Position numbers and translations under genes: made by a program. From assembly GCA_951406725.2 (NCBI GenBank), contig OX597824.1:38378001-38442000 (forward strand): 64,000 nt of DNA. The letters are read 5' to 3'. Within the stretch, counting starts at the first letter, position 1. Each line of letters opens with the position of its first letter. Below are positions 1-12,856 of this stretch, piece after piece. The stretch is from Octopus vulgaris (Eukaryota). The notes beneath the pieces are model-generated. The model did not search any database. It saw only the letters and a list, made by a program, of their open reading frames with translations, and was not told the DNA's origin.

Positions 1-37
1 TAACAACAACAACAAAAACAACAACAACAACAACAAT

Positions 38-336
38 AACTCCTACGATTGTAGGAGCCCTAGGAATGATAAAAAGAGGTACCGAAACCTATTTGAAAAT
101 GATACCAGGAAGTGTAAAAAATCGTGTTAATTGGAACGGCTCATGTACTGAGAAGAGCATTATCGCTGTGAAAACAACATCCATTCATGAATTTATTTAT
201 TTATTAATTTTTTAAATACATATTTTACCTGCGAATTTGCGTGTGCAATCTGGGAATGCATACAATGAGCTTCTCTACCCCAGGTGTACGGAAAACACTC
301 GACGAGAAACGGAAGAAAATTTGAAGAAAGAAGGAA
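38..336 (+). mobile_element. 3' end of R4/Dong-type (RLE) non-LTR retrotransposon, 5'-truncated
   Basis: Translates PTIVGALGMIK...KIVLIGTAHVLRRALSL* (RLE C-terminus), followed by a 3' UTR. Sits between (AAC)n at 1-37 and (AAT)n at 337-428. Confidence 0.8.
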
Positions 337-353
337 ATAATAATAATAATAAT

Positions 354-428
<75 letters not shown>

Positions 429-1000
429 TTCAAACAGTTCCATTGTCTTCCATTCACTGTGCATTCGTTTTCTGTACCCTCTGCAAGGCACGTCATTCGC
501 ACCCACTGGGATTCTGCGGTAGTAACACTCCATGATCATCATGTTTACTCCACTTATGTCTTGTAGCATGGCTAGCAGTTGCTGGATTACGACCGGGCTC
601 AATCTGCTGCACAGCAGGGGCACCTGTCGTGTGCAGCATCTTCACATGTGGTTCCGATCCCGTTCACACCGTTATCATCATCTATTTTGCTTGGCATTTT
701 CACTCACAAATTAGATGTGTTTGTAGCTTATTACCAACTGGTATTTTTCTCGAGACACCATCTCTATCAAGGTAGTCTGCCAAGGCGGCAGGGCCTTGCT
801 CCCTTGGTTTTGAACTCAGAGTGTTTCTTCTCCAAGGCTAACGAGTATAGCCCACCCAGAGCACTGGTTATTTGAATGCGCCAGATACTCGCCTTTTCCC
901 ACTCTTCTTCTGTTGGTTTGGTGAAGGAGTCGGGCTTGACTCAGTGGATAGGCCTTGCACAGGCCATTGGGGAATTTTATAAATAATGGCCGCTCAACAC
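429..1000 (-). mobile_element. 5' region fragment of R4/Dong-type LINE ORF
   Basis: IMECYYRR...RGYRKRMHSEWK resembles the N-terminal motif of R4-clade ORFs. The outer boundary is approximate. Confidence 0.6.
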
Positions 1001-1432
1001 CCCTCACCACCTCGGAAAGGAAGAAGAACACACAGCTAGTAGAAAAAAGAGAGTGAGAGAAAAAATCAAAAGAAGGAAAAGAAAAGGAAGATCAAGTAGG
1101 GAGAGAAGGAAGCCATTTAACATTCATATTGACAGGGAGAGTAGGAGGAGTGCTTAAGAGTCTGCGGAAGTGAGATAGGTAGATATTGGGCATCAGGGAA
1201 GATGGTAGAGAGGGTGGGTAGCGCGGGCGCATCACCGCTGAGAGAAGGTGCCTACTGCAGCGTTCCTCACTGTCCACTTGTAAATTTAAGATTCAACCAA
1301 AGAAGGAAGGAGAAGCGTTAATCTGAATCTAACGAAAAACTAACTTACCGTTTGAATTGGTCTGTGGTCTGTGAAGGTGTAATTTCGGCTGCAGAAAGCA
1401 GTGAAGAAAGTGAGAGAGAGAGAGAGACAGAA

Positions 1433-1508
<76 letters not shown>

Positions 1509-1542
1509 GTACCTTCAACAATAGGTTCAGCATTGTAGCAGT

Positions 1543-2765
1543 CTGAAGGATGTCTGGCCTATTTGCATCTACCTTTCTGTCGGTTTGAATAGTAAAGTTC
1601 CAGAAGAGTGAGATCTGATCATTTTCAAGCACTGGACGTGGTTTGTGTTCCCACCAATTTTTATCATGTGGCAGGTCTAAATCTTTGCAAATTACCCAGT
1701 GAATATATTGTGCTGCTCTATCATGCCTGTTGAGATATTCTGTAGGCACAAGAAGGTTGCACATGGAGCCAACATGATCCATGGCTTCATTTTGTTGTTT
1801 ACATATTCGACATAATGGGCTACTGCCGTTCTTTAATATGTTGGCCTGGAAGCTTCTAGTAAGCAGGCATGGATCTTGGGCTGCTATGATAAACCATTCT
1901 GTTTCTGATTTTAAGCCAGAAGATATTAACCGTTGATGGGTAAGGGCTTTGTCAACACAGTATTATTAGCTGTCTTTGGGTAATTGCCACTGGGAGGTTT
2001 TTCTTGCCACTTATCGGTAATAATATCTGAAGCAGCTGTTTTAGCAGGAATTTTCATACGCTTAGCTTTTTCTGTGCTTGTTTCCAGTATGTTTAATTCT
2101 GGAATTTGTTGTGTTTAGAACTCACTTAGATATTTACTTACCTGTTTTGTTACTGAGTATGACGTTTTCTTGTTAACAAGTTTTAAGACAAGTTTTAACA
2201 TCCAGTCATCAGTGTTTTTCGGGTAAGTGTTTAGGCTAATTGTGGCAATCTTCATTATCAATTCCAGTTGTAAAAGTCCATGGCCACCGTCTTTTCTTGG
2301 CAGGTGTAGTCGTTCAATATCTACCTTAGGGTGGTGCATTCTATTCATTGTCAACAGTCTTCGTATTTTTCTATCAAGCTTACAGATTTCAGTAATTGAC
2401 CAGTTAAAAATATTGCAACTGTAAGTCACGGTCGGTATGGTTAAAGTATTGATCGCGTCGATCCTGTTTATTGTGTTCAGCTCTGTCCCTAACCATGTGA
2501 TAACATTCTTTTCTGATCTTTTCCCTCATCATTGAATGTTTGATTCGATCACCTTCAAATACCCCAAGGTATTTGTAGCTCTCCACTGGTTCTAACAGCA
2601 TTCTGCTGTTCAGCGTTAACGCTGGATGTTTCTATCATTTTCTCTCTGATAAAGGTAGCTTTTGCACATTTATCTCTAGGCCAAATCCCATCCTGGTGTC
2701 ATCACTGAACTGTTTTACAATTGCTTGTAAACCCTGTAGTTGTTGGTCAGTGTTTGCAAAGAGTT
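1543..2765 (-). mobile_element. Degenerate R4/Dong-type LINE (RT C-terminus, CCHC finger, start of RLE)
   Basis: Frameshifted pieces: YKYLGV, LDRKIRRLLTMNRMHHPKVDIERLHLPRKDGGHGL, EYLNRHDRAAQYIHW, FWNFTIQTDRKVDANRPDI. Confidence 0.9.
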
Positions 2766-3361
2766 AGCTCTCCGTTGGTTCTGACTCCTTCATAGCATTC
2801 TGTTGTTGAAGTTTAACGTCGGATGTTATTGCCTTTGCACATGTTCTAACGCTGGAGATGTACTACGGCGTCAGCTGTTTACTACCTGTGAACACCTCTT
2901 ATTTTTCAAGCACCTTCCGGAGAATTCGAGCGGTTCCAAGCAGTGCTGTTTTCTACAAGTGCTCCACTCTTATTGCAGCCCCTATTTGTTCCACGTATTT
3001 CTCGAGATTTTTGCTCACTGTTCCCAGGGCTTCGACAATTATTGGTACTACTGCTACCTTTTTCATCGACCGACAATATAGCCAGGCTTGTCCATTGGAA
3101 ACTTTGAAACAAGTATAGACTTGACAGAGCAAAAAATTGGTACGACCACAAGCCCGGAGGCATCATCGAAAATAAAAATGCAAAGATCTTATGGGATTTT
3201 ATGATTCAGTGCGACCATGAGATAGAGAATAGGAAGCCAGACATAGTCTTAATTGAGAAAGAAAACAAACTATGCTGGATCAAAGATATAGCATGCCCAG
3301 CTGACAAGGCATGCGATAAGGAAGAAAGAAAAGTCGAGAGATATGACAGGTTAGCTTGGGA
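2766..3361 (-). mobile_element. R4/Dong-type LINE 3' end with inverted upstream segment
   Basis: 2766-3070 on minus reads SMKKVAVVPIIVEALGTV...TALLGTARILRKVL plus 3' UTR. 3071-3361 on plus reads DNIARLVHWKL...KILWDFMIQCDHEIENRKPDIV...YDRLAW. Confidence 0.85.
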
Positions 3362-3518
3362 TCTTCTTCTTCTTCTTCTTCTTCTTCTTCTTCTTCTTCT
3401 TCTTCTTCTTCTTCTTCTTCTTCTTCTTCTTCTTCTTCTTCTTCTTCTTCTCCTCCTCCCCCTCCTCCTCCTCCTCCTTCTTCTTATTATTATTAATAGT
3501 AGTAGTAGTAGTAGTAGT

Positions 3519-3860
3519 CTGCGAGAGTAAGCGAAAGCAGGGTATTGTAGTCGCTCGTCTTTGTTTGTTTGTATTTGTAAAATTACAGGAAAACGGTTGA
3601 ACGGATTATCACCAAATTTGGCAGAAATACTCATTGGGTGAGTGGCTCAAACTCATTATTTTGGTTTTACTTCAAAACTGGTGGACGGCTGAATCAAATA
3701 TTTTTTTCTGTTACGTATACATAAACGATAAGCAGGGGAAATAACTCTTGGTGTTATTTTATTGAAACATGAATTCGTTAGAGAATATATTTATTAAATT
3801 ACATTTTACTTTATCCTTGTGTGTGCGCAGGGTAAGCATCGTTCTTCTGTTGCCTATTTT
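3519..3860 (+). mobile_element. Helentron-associated (HINE/DINE-like) non-autonomous element
   Basis: GCAGGGTA subterminal motif at ~3538 and ~3827, a short (TTTG)n, and an ACGGATT..CACCAAATTTGG core typical of HINE-like repeats. Confidence 0.5.
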
Positions 3861-3889
3861 TTTTTTGTTTTCATTATTATTGATTTGAC

Positions 3890-5890
3890 TCAGGCCCGTT
3901 TTTATCCCTAGTAGAATTTATGCGGGTAGTGGGATACTATCGATAAACTTATGCATCCGCACCTTATCAATAATCTATCAAGTGCCTAAGACTCTTCTGA
4001 TAATCTTTCCTATGCATAAGGAGCAAACTTTCCGTAGAAGTTCCACAGGACATTCTATTTAAATCTCTTTCAACCGTTTATCTGTATCTTTACTTGCAGT
4101 TCCCAATGTACCAGTTATTACAGGCATAACATTTATACTTTTCATACTCCAAATTATTGCAATTTCAAATTTTAAGGGATTATATTTTGTGGGGTTTCAT
4201 CCCCTTACAGTACAATCCGGGAACCAAACAGGCATGATGGCTCAATTAGTAAGCAGATTCGTTTTTCGTTTTCTATTATTGTTATGTCTGGTCAGTTATT
4301 TTCTAGCTTTTAATCCAATTCGATTGGAAAATCCTACAAAATTTTGCATTTCTCCGACTCGAACACCTTTCGATCCGATCATCAAATCATGTACCTCCAG
4401 CTTCAAATCCTCATTTCTGATAGGGCTTCCAGTGTAAAAATTTCCCAACTTAGTCATGCCTTCCTTTCTTATATTCTCCCTTTGTTAACTTGGGATATTC
4501 TACAACAATGTGTACCACTGTTTCATTCATTTTTCTGACTCCTCCCCATACACATATTTTCTAAGCTCTCTGTTTCTATTTTTAATTACCCCAATTTTAG
4601 TAAACCCAAGATTTTATTTCACGTACATCCTCAGTGGCTTTCCAAAACTGACCATGCAAAAGTGCCTCTTCAATCTGTTTAACATGTTCTCTTTGAATTA
4701 CATTTATGTCCATTTCCTCTTAGTTCACATTTGATCACCTGCTCCTTATTCTTTGCCGTTCTGTAAATATTCTAGTCGCCTTTTTCTTTCCATTTATTCA
4801 CACTCTTCCACAGTAATTAAGCCGCTTCTATCCTGGTGTCTCTTTATGTACAACCAGTTGATATTAGCTTTCGGATAGTGGGCTCCATACGTTGTCAACA
4901 TTTTTTTTTAGTTTTTGTCTAGTTTCTATATGTTGTTTTTGATTCAGTCAACAATTCAAATTTCAATTCCTTATCTTATTGCCGGTACTGCTCTCGCATT
5001 CATTGCTTCAATAACATTTTTTGAATTCAACTTTGACTGTAATATTCTTCTCAGTTTCCTTGTATACTATTTTCTGGTAATTTGTATTATCTCTTTATGT
5101 TTTACAAGCAGTATCGCCCGGCGTTGCTCGGGTTTGTAAGGGAAATAACTATATAAGCATTTTTAGAGAGTTACTTCCCTTATATAAACCGAGTAAAAAA
5201 TGCATTAAAAAACGAAAGGATGATGGTAATTTTTTTTTAAAATCGTAGACTCATCGTAGATGCGCGCCAATACCCAGAAGGGCTCGATATAAATCACGAC
5301 TATAAGATACCCGCTTTTGGTTAAACTGCACCGCAAAATGTGGGAGTAGTTAGGAATCTAAATCGGAGTAGACAGACTCTCACACACACAACTTCAGTTT
5401 TATATATAAAGATTTCATCAGCCTCCACCATTCCCAAATACTTATACCACTGTCTTTTCTCAACCGCTTTCATTGTTTGCCCGCTTGGCATTTCAATTCC
5501 CTGGCTTCCTTGAAATCTTCCTCCCTTCATTTTTGAAATAATTCCATGCCTAAATCATTCGAGAAAATGCGAACAGTATGTACAAAACTTTCAAGCTATT
5601 TCTTATTTTCTCATAAATATTTATATCATCTATAAAAAGCTGATTTATCTGACCATATCCTCTTCCTAAATCGTATGCTATTTTAACTTTCCGCCATATC
5701 AAATTAAGTGGTATCATGGCCAATACAAAGAGTAATGGAGATAAGCTATCAGCTTGAAATATCCCACGTCTGATGTTCATTTTCCCAAGTCTTTGTTTTC
5801 CTCCAATCAGTTCAGTGATCCAATGTTTCAGACTTTATTAATCATTTCTCCATATTTTCTGCCACACTGAATATACTTGACTCTTTATTT
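3890..5890 (-). mobile_element. Old R4/Dong-type LINE remnant (RT through RLE), interrupted by a Helitron
   Basis: NIRRGIFQADSLSPLLFVLAMIPL, QLFIDDINIY and YKYLGMVEAD. Many stops and frameshifts. Confidence 0.85.
5105..5412 (-). mobile_element. Non-autonomous Helitron nested in the LINE
   Basis: Minus strand reads A|TCTTTATATATAAAACTG ... CCCGAGCAACGCCGGG hairpin ... CTTG|T (CTAG variant). Same family as 22490-23126. Confidence 0.85.
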
Positions 5891-6043
5891 TCAGCATCTT
5901 TCGGAAAGAGAACGGGTTACCTGGAATCGAATATGTGCTGGGATAATCGTCTTTGGTCTAGTTTCCCGAAACCCAGGAGACGTGTATTGAGGAAATACAT
6001 TAACATTCATCGTAAATGCTGAGGAAATGCTGCACGACAATCC

Positions 6044-6044
<1 letters not shown>

Positions 6045-6131
<87 letters not shown>

Positions 6132-6198
6132 TGTCCTTCCTTCCTTCCTTCCTTCCTTCCTTCCTTCCTTCCTTCCTTCTTTCTTTCTTCCTTCCTTC

Positions 6199-6232
<34 letters not shown>

Positions 6233-6599
6233 CTCTTTCTTTCTTCTCTTTCTTTCTTTCTTTCTTTGCTTCCTTCCTTCCTTCCTTCCTTCCTTCCTTC
6301 CTTCCTTCCTTCCTTCCTTCCTTCTTTCTTTCTTCCTTCCTTTCTTCTTTCTTTCTTTCTTTCTTTCTTTCTCTCTTTCTTTCTCTCTTTCTTTCTCTCT
6401 TTCTTTCTTTCTTTCTTTCTTTGCTTCCTTCCTTCCTTCCTTCCTTCCTTCCTTCCTTCCTCCTTCCTTTCTTCTTTCTTTCTTTCTTTCTTTCTTTCTC
6501 TCTTTCTTTCTCTCTTTCTTTCTCTCTTTCTTTCTTTCTTTCTTTCTTTCTTTGCTTCCTTCCTTCCTTCCTTCCTTCTTTCTTTCTTCCTTCCTTTCT

Positions 6600-6636
<37 letters not shown>

Positions 6637-6668
6637 TTTCTTCTTTTCTTTCTTTCTTTCTTCCTTCC
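6045..6668. repeat. Compound (CTTT)n/(CCTT)n homopyrimidine tract with higher-order blocks
   Basis: ~620 bp almost entirely C/T. TTG landmarks at ~6131, 6266, 6421 and 6552 mark repeated blocks. Confidence 0.95.
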
Positions 6669-6984
6669 TGCCTTGAGCGCAATCGGTTGTAGGATGCCGG
6701 AGATCCTAGAAGACACAGACAGACAGAACGGATTATATATATATATATATATACTAACGGTGGATTAAGCCCGGATACAGCTGAAGGAGCGATTCTTACT
6801 GAAGAGGCTACGGAAATAGCCGAAACTGAACGTTTACTATAGGGAATTCTCTAGTCGGTCTTTTGGGGCGATTACAGCCCCTGTAAGCATATATGTATAC
6901 AATTATGTGTCATTTCTGCAGCATTCGAGCCTTTTAACTCTTATTTCTAGCAATGTAGGTTTCTTGACACCCTTAGTCTCATTT

Positions 6985-7690
6985 AGTGACGATAATATTT
7001 TTTCCTATATATATAAACATTTGAAGCAATGTATCGATCCAGATCCATTTTCCACTGTTCGAAGCAGTCCTGAAACCCTTGAAAAGCGATGCTTTCAAAC
7101 GCCTCCGTCGGATTTTCCTTCTCTTCTACATCTGCAAAACGTTTTCCTTTAAGGATTTTTTTCATTCGGGGTAACACAAAATAATTGCAGGGAGCAAGAA
7201 CAACTTCCAACTCTTCTTTCAGTTCACATCACGCATTCAGTCGTGACTGCTTTTGATCTTCCGTGAGCAAGCGAGGCACAGGTTTTGTCGCAACTCTTTT
7301 TATTCGGAATTCCTTTGCTCAAAATTCGTTGGTAGGAGCTTCAGGACACACAAGTCATATAAAAAAATTCGTCAGTTGTTCGGCGACGGTTCTCCAAGAC
7401 CAGTTCGTGAATTTTCGTGATGCTTTGATTCGGTCGGGGGTGTCAACGGTTGTCCTGAACGAGATTACTCTGCAAGTAACAAGTGACCATTCCTAAAGCG
7501 TGAAAACCACGCGTAAACTTGTGTTTTGCTCATGGCAGCGTCCTAGCAGAAAACAGAATTTCACGGAAGCACGCTGTTCCTTCGTTTAAGCCATCGCAAA
7601 ATTCGATAAACAGGGGAGAAGTACAGCAAAATAACGATGCACGTGATAACGCCTTTCGGCAGACTGATGCCTGAGGGTCGCATCAAGTGG
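6985..7690 (-). mobile_element. Mariner transposase remnant, internally deleted
   Basis: LAPCNYFVLPRMKKILKGKRFADVEE...FQDCFEQWK (mariner C-terminus) and degraded HTH-region sequence upstream. Confidence 0.75.
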
Positions 7691-7699
7691 ATTGTCCCA

Positions 7700-8985
7700 C
7701 AGAGAACGTTACTTCTGAGTACCTCTTCGTATATTAGATTGAAGTTCTGTGAAAGTTTTAGATGGAAAAATAGGAGTGGAAATAACGTTTCGAGCGTGGC
7801 TCTTTGTCGGAAAGCAGAAGAAGTCCAGAAAGGGAAAATGGAAGAAGAAAAAATTAGTTCGGAGAAAAGCATGTGTCGTATATATGGCAGAAAAATAAGT
7901 GACCGGAAGTTGGAGGGAGGTAGAGAATGTGGCTTTTGAAATTAAGAGCGGAAAATGGTAATTGTCTGCGTGAGATTGTGTGTATGCAAGAGTGTGCATG
8001 TGTGATACTGCGTATGTGGAGCGTATATGTGTTTATGTTTTTTTTTTATGTGTGTGTGAGAGTAGCGTATTTCATGAGATGGTAGTATATAAGTATATGT
8101 GAGCATGTTTGTGCTTATGTTAGTGTGTGAGAAAGTGAATTAACAGGTTAGAAGCTGTGGAGTTTAGCAGTAGACGGTCGTGGGGTCAAGGTTCTAGATG
8201 TGTGTGTGTGTGTGCGATAGATATGTATGCGGTGTAGGGAACTGTGGAAGATAGATAGAGAAAGAAATGACTGAGAACAGAAGAGAAGAGGAGAATGGGA
8301 GGGTAAAGAAAGTCGGAAGCTATTACAAGGAGGAGGGAAGTATCAAGTCTAAACGGTATGTGAGTTCGTTGTGTGAAACTGGACCGCTGCTCCGGGCAAA
8401 GTTTGGTGGTGATGGATCCATGGTGGAAGGCCTGGTTGAAAATGAGGTGTTCGGTGAAGTGGTTGATCGGGCAGAAGTAACGTGTGGCAAGAGTATTTGT
8501 TTTGGAGGCTAGATCAGTGCTACTCAAGGTGGTGGTCCGCGGACCGGTGCTGGTCTGTGAGCCATCAGCTGCCGGTACGCGGCGAGTTTCCAGAAAAGAA
8601 AGAAACATTATAAAATGCTTATAAAATGCTTATGTAATATTGTATTATTTGTTTACAAAATAAATATAAGATAAAAAAAATTCAACTTTTATTATATATT
8701 TATTATATATATTGTTTCCGGTATGAATTAATGTTACTAAAAAATATTACCGGTCCCTGGCATATTGGAAAAAAACTGCCGGTACGCCACATCAGATAGT
8801 TTGAGAAGTACTGGGCTATATGACAGCCAAACTGGCCAACATATGAGTCACAAAGGGTACATTTGAGTCAACAGATGTCGTTAGAAAAGACACAAGAGAA
8901 AAAGTGCCACATATGAATAGTGTATTGGTTGGTTTCAGTAAGGGAGGTGGTGTTGATGTTGAAGGGATAAGTGTGGCACCGGGGT
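7700..8985 (-). mobile_element. Degenerate Penelope-like element fragment
   Basis: Decayed hammerhead-like motif (minus CCGACAA AGAGCCACGCTC GAAACGTT, ~7784-7810) of the same type as 20386-20420. Interrupted by the hAT MITE. Confidence 0.45.
8515..8813. mobile_element. hAT (Charlie-like) MITE
   Basis: TIRs CAGTGCTACTCAA / TTGAGAAGTACTG. 8-bp TSD GGCTAGAT / GGCTATAT (7 of 8 match). Confidence 0.85.
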
Positions 8986-9451
8986 CTAGGGCAAGAGAAG
9001 GTTCAAGGATGGGCGGAAGTGGAGGAGAGGACCTATAGTTCGCATAGATTTCGAGCACATTTGAAGGAGGGGAGAGATGGTTTGGGACGAACAGGAAAAT
9101 TGAGATCGGATAGGAGAAACTAGAAGGCCCGTAGATTTTCTGACGAGCGGGTTGAGTAGAGGGGTGCAAAAGAATGGGAAAAGGGATGCAGTTGAGAGGC
9201 GGGTGTGCGGAGGAGAGAGTGCTGAGGTTCGTTCAACTTGGCGAGCATGAGTAAGGGTGGGGTGGTGACGAGTGAACCGGCGGGCCAAGTCTCATAATCC
9301 TGGTCACGGCAACACAAACATCGAAGATGGAGAAATCAGGAGTATGGGATGGCCCAACTGATGTGGGAAGGGGCGGGAGGAGGAAAATTTGAGGTAGAAT
9401 CAGTAGATTTAAAGAAAGCGGAAGTGGTGCGAGTGTGACCGAGGGGACCGT

Positions 9452-9513
<62 letters not shown>

Positions 9514-9960
9514 CAAAAAGTTGACAGAGGTGACGGAAATGACTGAGGTGAACTCAAGAAAGGGATAAAAGATAGAAACGAAAGAAATTATTGAGTTGTT
9601 CACGAGAGAGGGTAGTTGCACCAATACAGTCTTCTGTGTACCAACCGTGTGGCTCAGTTGTCAGCCCGGTGAACCGAGAGAAGATTTGAGCCTCGGCATA
9701 ACCAACAAATAAGTTGGTGAAGTTGGGGCCCATTCCCGTTCCCATGCTAGAAGACCTCACCCGCGAACGAGATGCATTTGAGGGTGAGGAAGAGTTCAGC
9801 GACGCGGAGAAGTATAGACGTGCTGGGTTCAAGGACGGTGCGACGGTTGAGTAATTACTGGAAAGCCAGGAGGCCATCGTTGGGTGGGGGATGACGATGT
9901 AGAGGGATTTGATGTCCATGTGATAAAAAGGAGACGGAAGGAAAACAAATTGAAAGGGAT
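8986..9960 (-). mobile_element. Penelope-like RT remnant (left arm of inverted duplication)
   Basis: MDIKSLYIVIP, MGTGMGPNFTNLFVGYAE, WYTEDCIG (decayed YxDD motif), AIPYS. Confidence 0.8.
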
Positions 9961-9968
9961 TATATATA

Positions 9969-10015
<47 letters not shown>

Positions 10016-10069
10016 CACATATATATATATAATCAACTTATGATACACACGGACTCGAGTTTCAGGTTC

Positions 10070-11146
<1,077 letters not shown>

Positions 11147-11166
11147 GAAATTATACATATATTATA

Positions 11167-11226
11167 CATCATCGGTGTGTGACAATCATAGTTGTCGACA
11201 ACTATGATTGTCACACGCCGATGATG
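11167..11226. repeat. 60-bp palindrome with no spacer
   Basis: CATCATCGGTGTGTGACAATCATAGTTGTC|GACAACTATGATTGTCACACGCCGATGATG, one mismatch. Confidence 0.95.
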
Positions 11227-11256
11227 GGTCAATACCCTGAAACTCGAGTCCGTGTG
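11212..11256 (+). ncRNA. Minimal type-I hammerhead-ribozyme-like motif (U4C variant), PLE-associated
   Basis: CACACG-CCGAUGA-UGGGU(CAAU)ACCCU-GAAA-CUCGAG-UC-CGUGUG. 6-bp stem I, palindromic stem III, GUC site. Confidence 0.6.
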
Positions 11257-11467
11257 TATCATAAGTTGAAGACGGGAAGGATGGCTTCCCTATGCAAATA
11301 CTGATAGGGCACAGAAAGTGTGTCTATAGCCAGCTGGAGGAGGTGTCCTCCTGGGGCTACAAACTACAGTAGCATTCACCCTTAGGGGTTAGCCATATTC
11401 AAATGGCAAATACACGTCACGATGTGTTGCTGCTACTGTTTATAACTCGCTATGAGATTTATCATTG

Positions 11468-11508
<41 letters not shown>

Positions 11509-11607
11509 AATATATCTTAGGGTAGCAAAAAAATTTTAGAAAAATTCTTTGCTACCAGTGCTCTAGCGAGAAGGAAAAAATAGTCAATAGACTATATATT
11601 ATTCATA

Positions 11608-11842
11608 GAAAAATACAGTGTACATTTAAACACATAAGAGATGACCCTAATAGGAATTCTGACTCACTAGATAGAGCAGTTAAACTCCAAACCACTAATA
11701 GTTGTAATTCTGAAAGGGAATGAGAAATAAAAACGTTTTAGGGTAAACGTTTTTATTTCTCATTCCCTTTCAGTTTAACTGCTCTCTCTAGTGAGTCAGA
11801 TGTCCTATTAGGGTCATCTCTTATGTGTTTAAATGTACACTG

Positions 11843-11849
<7 letters not shown>
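11608..11849. repeat. ~240-bp fold-back palindrome
   Basis: Arms meet at AAACGTTT-TAGGGT-AAACGTTT (loop 11739-11744). The left arm carries an extra ~24 nt. Confidence 0.9.
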
Positions 11850-11886
<37 letters not shown>

Positions 11887-12139
11887 GTTTGTTTTTATAC
11901 CAGTTACATATAAAAACATTAGCATTAAATAGAAGTATTACTTAAAACTTAAGTAGAGTGCGTATATATTTAACTTTTACCAGGAAAATGTTGACAGTGA
12001 CTTCGAAATACGGCTTTCTCACCTTCTTTAGACTGTGACAGTTTGACGAAGTCGAGCAACTTAAAAATTTGAAGTCACTTTCAAACTTTTCCCTGTAGAA
12101 ATTATACATATATTATACATAGGCGCAGGAATGGCTATA

Positions 12140-12301
12140 GGCGCAGGAGTGGCTGTGTGGTAAGTAGCTTACTTATCAACCACATGGTTCAGGGTTCAGT
12201 CCCACTGCGTGGCATGTTGGGCAAGTGTTTTCTACTATAGCATCGGGCCGACCAAAGTCTTGTGAGTGGATTTGGTAGACGGAAACTGAAAGAAGCCCGT
12301 C

Positions 12302-12344
<43 letters not shown>

Positions 12345-12570
12345 CGTGTGTGCGTGTGTGTGTGCGCGCGCGCGCGCGCGTGTGTGTGTATGTTTGTGTG
12401 TCTGTGTTTGTCCCCCTAGCATTGCTTGACAACCGGTGCTGGTGTGTTTACGTCGCCGTCACTTAGCGGTTCGGCAAAAGAGACCGATAGAATAAGTACT
12501 GGGGTCTATTTGCTTGACTAAAGGCGGTGCTCCATCATGACCGCAGTCAAATGACTGAAACAAGTAAAAG
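12140..12570 (+). mobile_element. tRNA-derived SINE, family A
   Basis: GGCGCAGGAGTGGCTGTGTGGTAAG A-box-like head, GGTTCAGTCCC B-box-like motif, internal (TA)n/(TG)n, tail CAGTCAAATGACTGAAACAAGTAAAAGA. Head and tail are locally duplicated. Confidence 0.9.
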
Positions 12571-12808
12571 AGTATATATATATATATTTATGGTGCTCCA
12601 GCATGGCCGCAATCAAATGACTGAAAGAAATAAAAGAACACACACACACACATATTGGATAATGGAACTGCAACTGTTACATCCTACATATATTTATATT
12701 TTGACTTTTATTCTCTTATTACCATTTATACTTCTTATTTGCATCCTTTTTCAAAATAACTCCTTATATTTAATTCTACTGTTTCCCTTTATTTAACGAT
12801 TTCAAATC

Positions 12809-12856
12809 GTCTCTGATGAAGGCATATCACTATTATCCCAGAAACAGCTGTAAGAC
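12809..12856 (+). ncRNA. Minimal type-I hammerhead-ribozyme-like motif
   Basis: GUCU-CUGAUGA-(imperfect stem II)-GAAA-CAGCUG-UA-AGAC. Palindromic stem III, GUA site. Confidence 0.55.

Noticed and set aside
5891-6768. 180-263 aa ORFs rich in K/E/R or F/L/S
   Set aside because: They are translations of the CTTT/CCTT tract, which has no stops in most frames.
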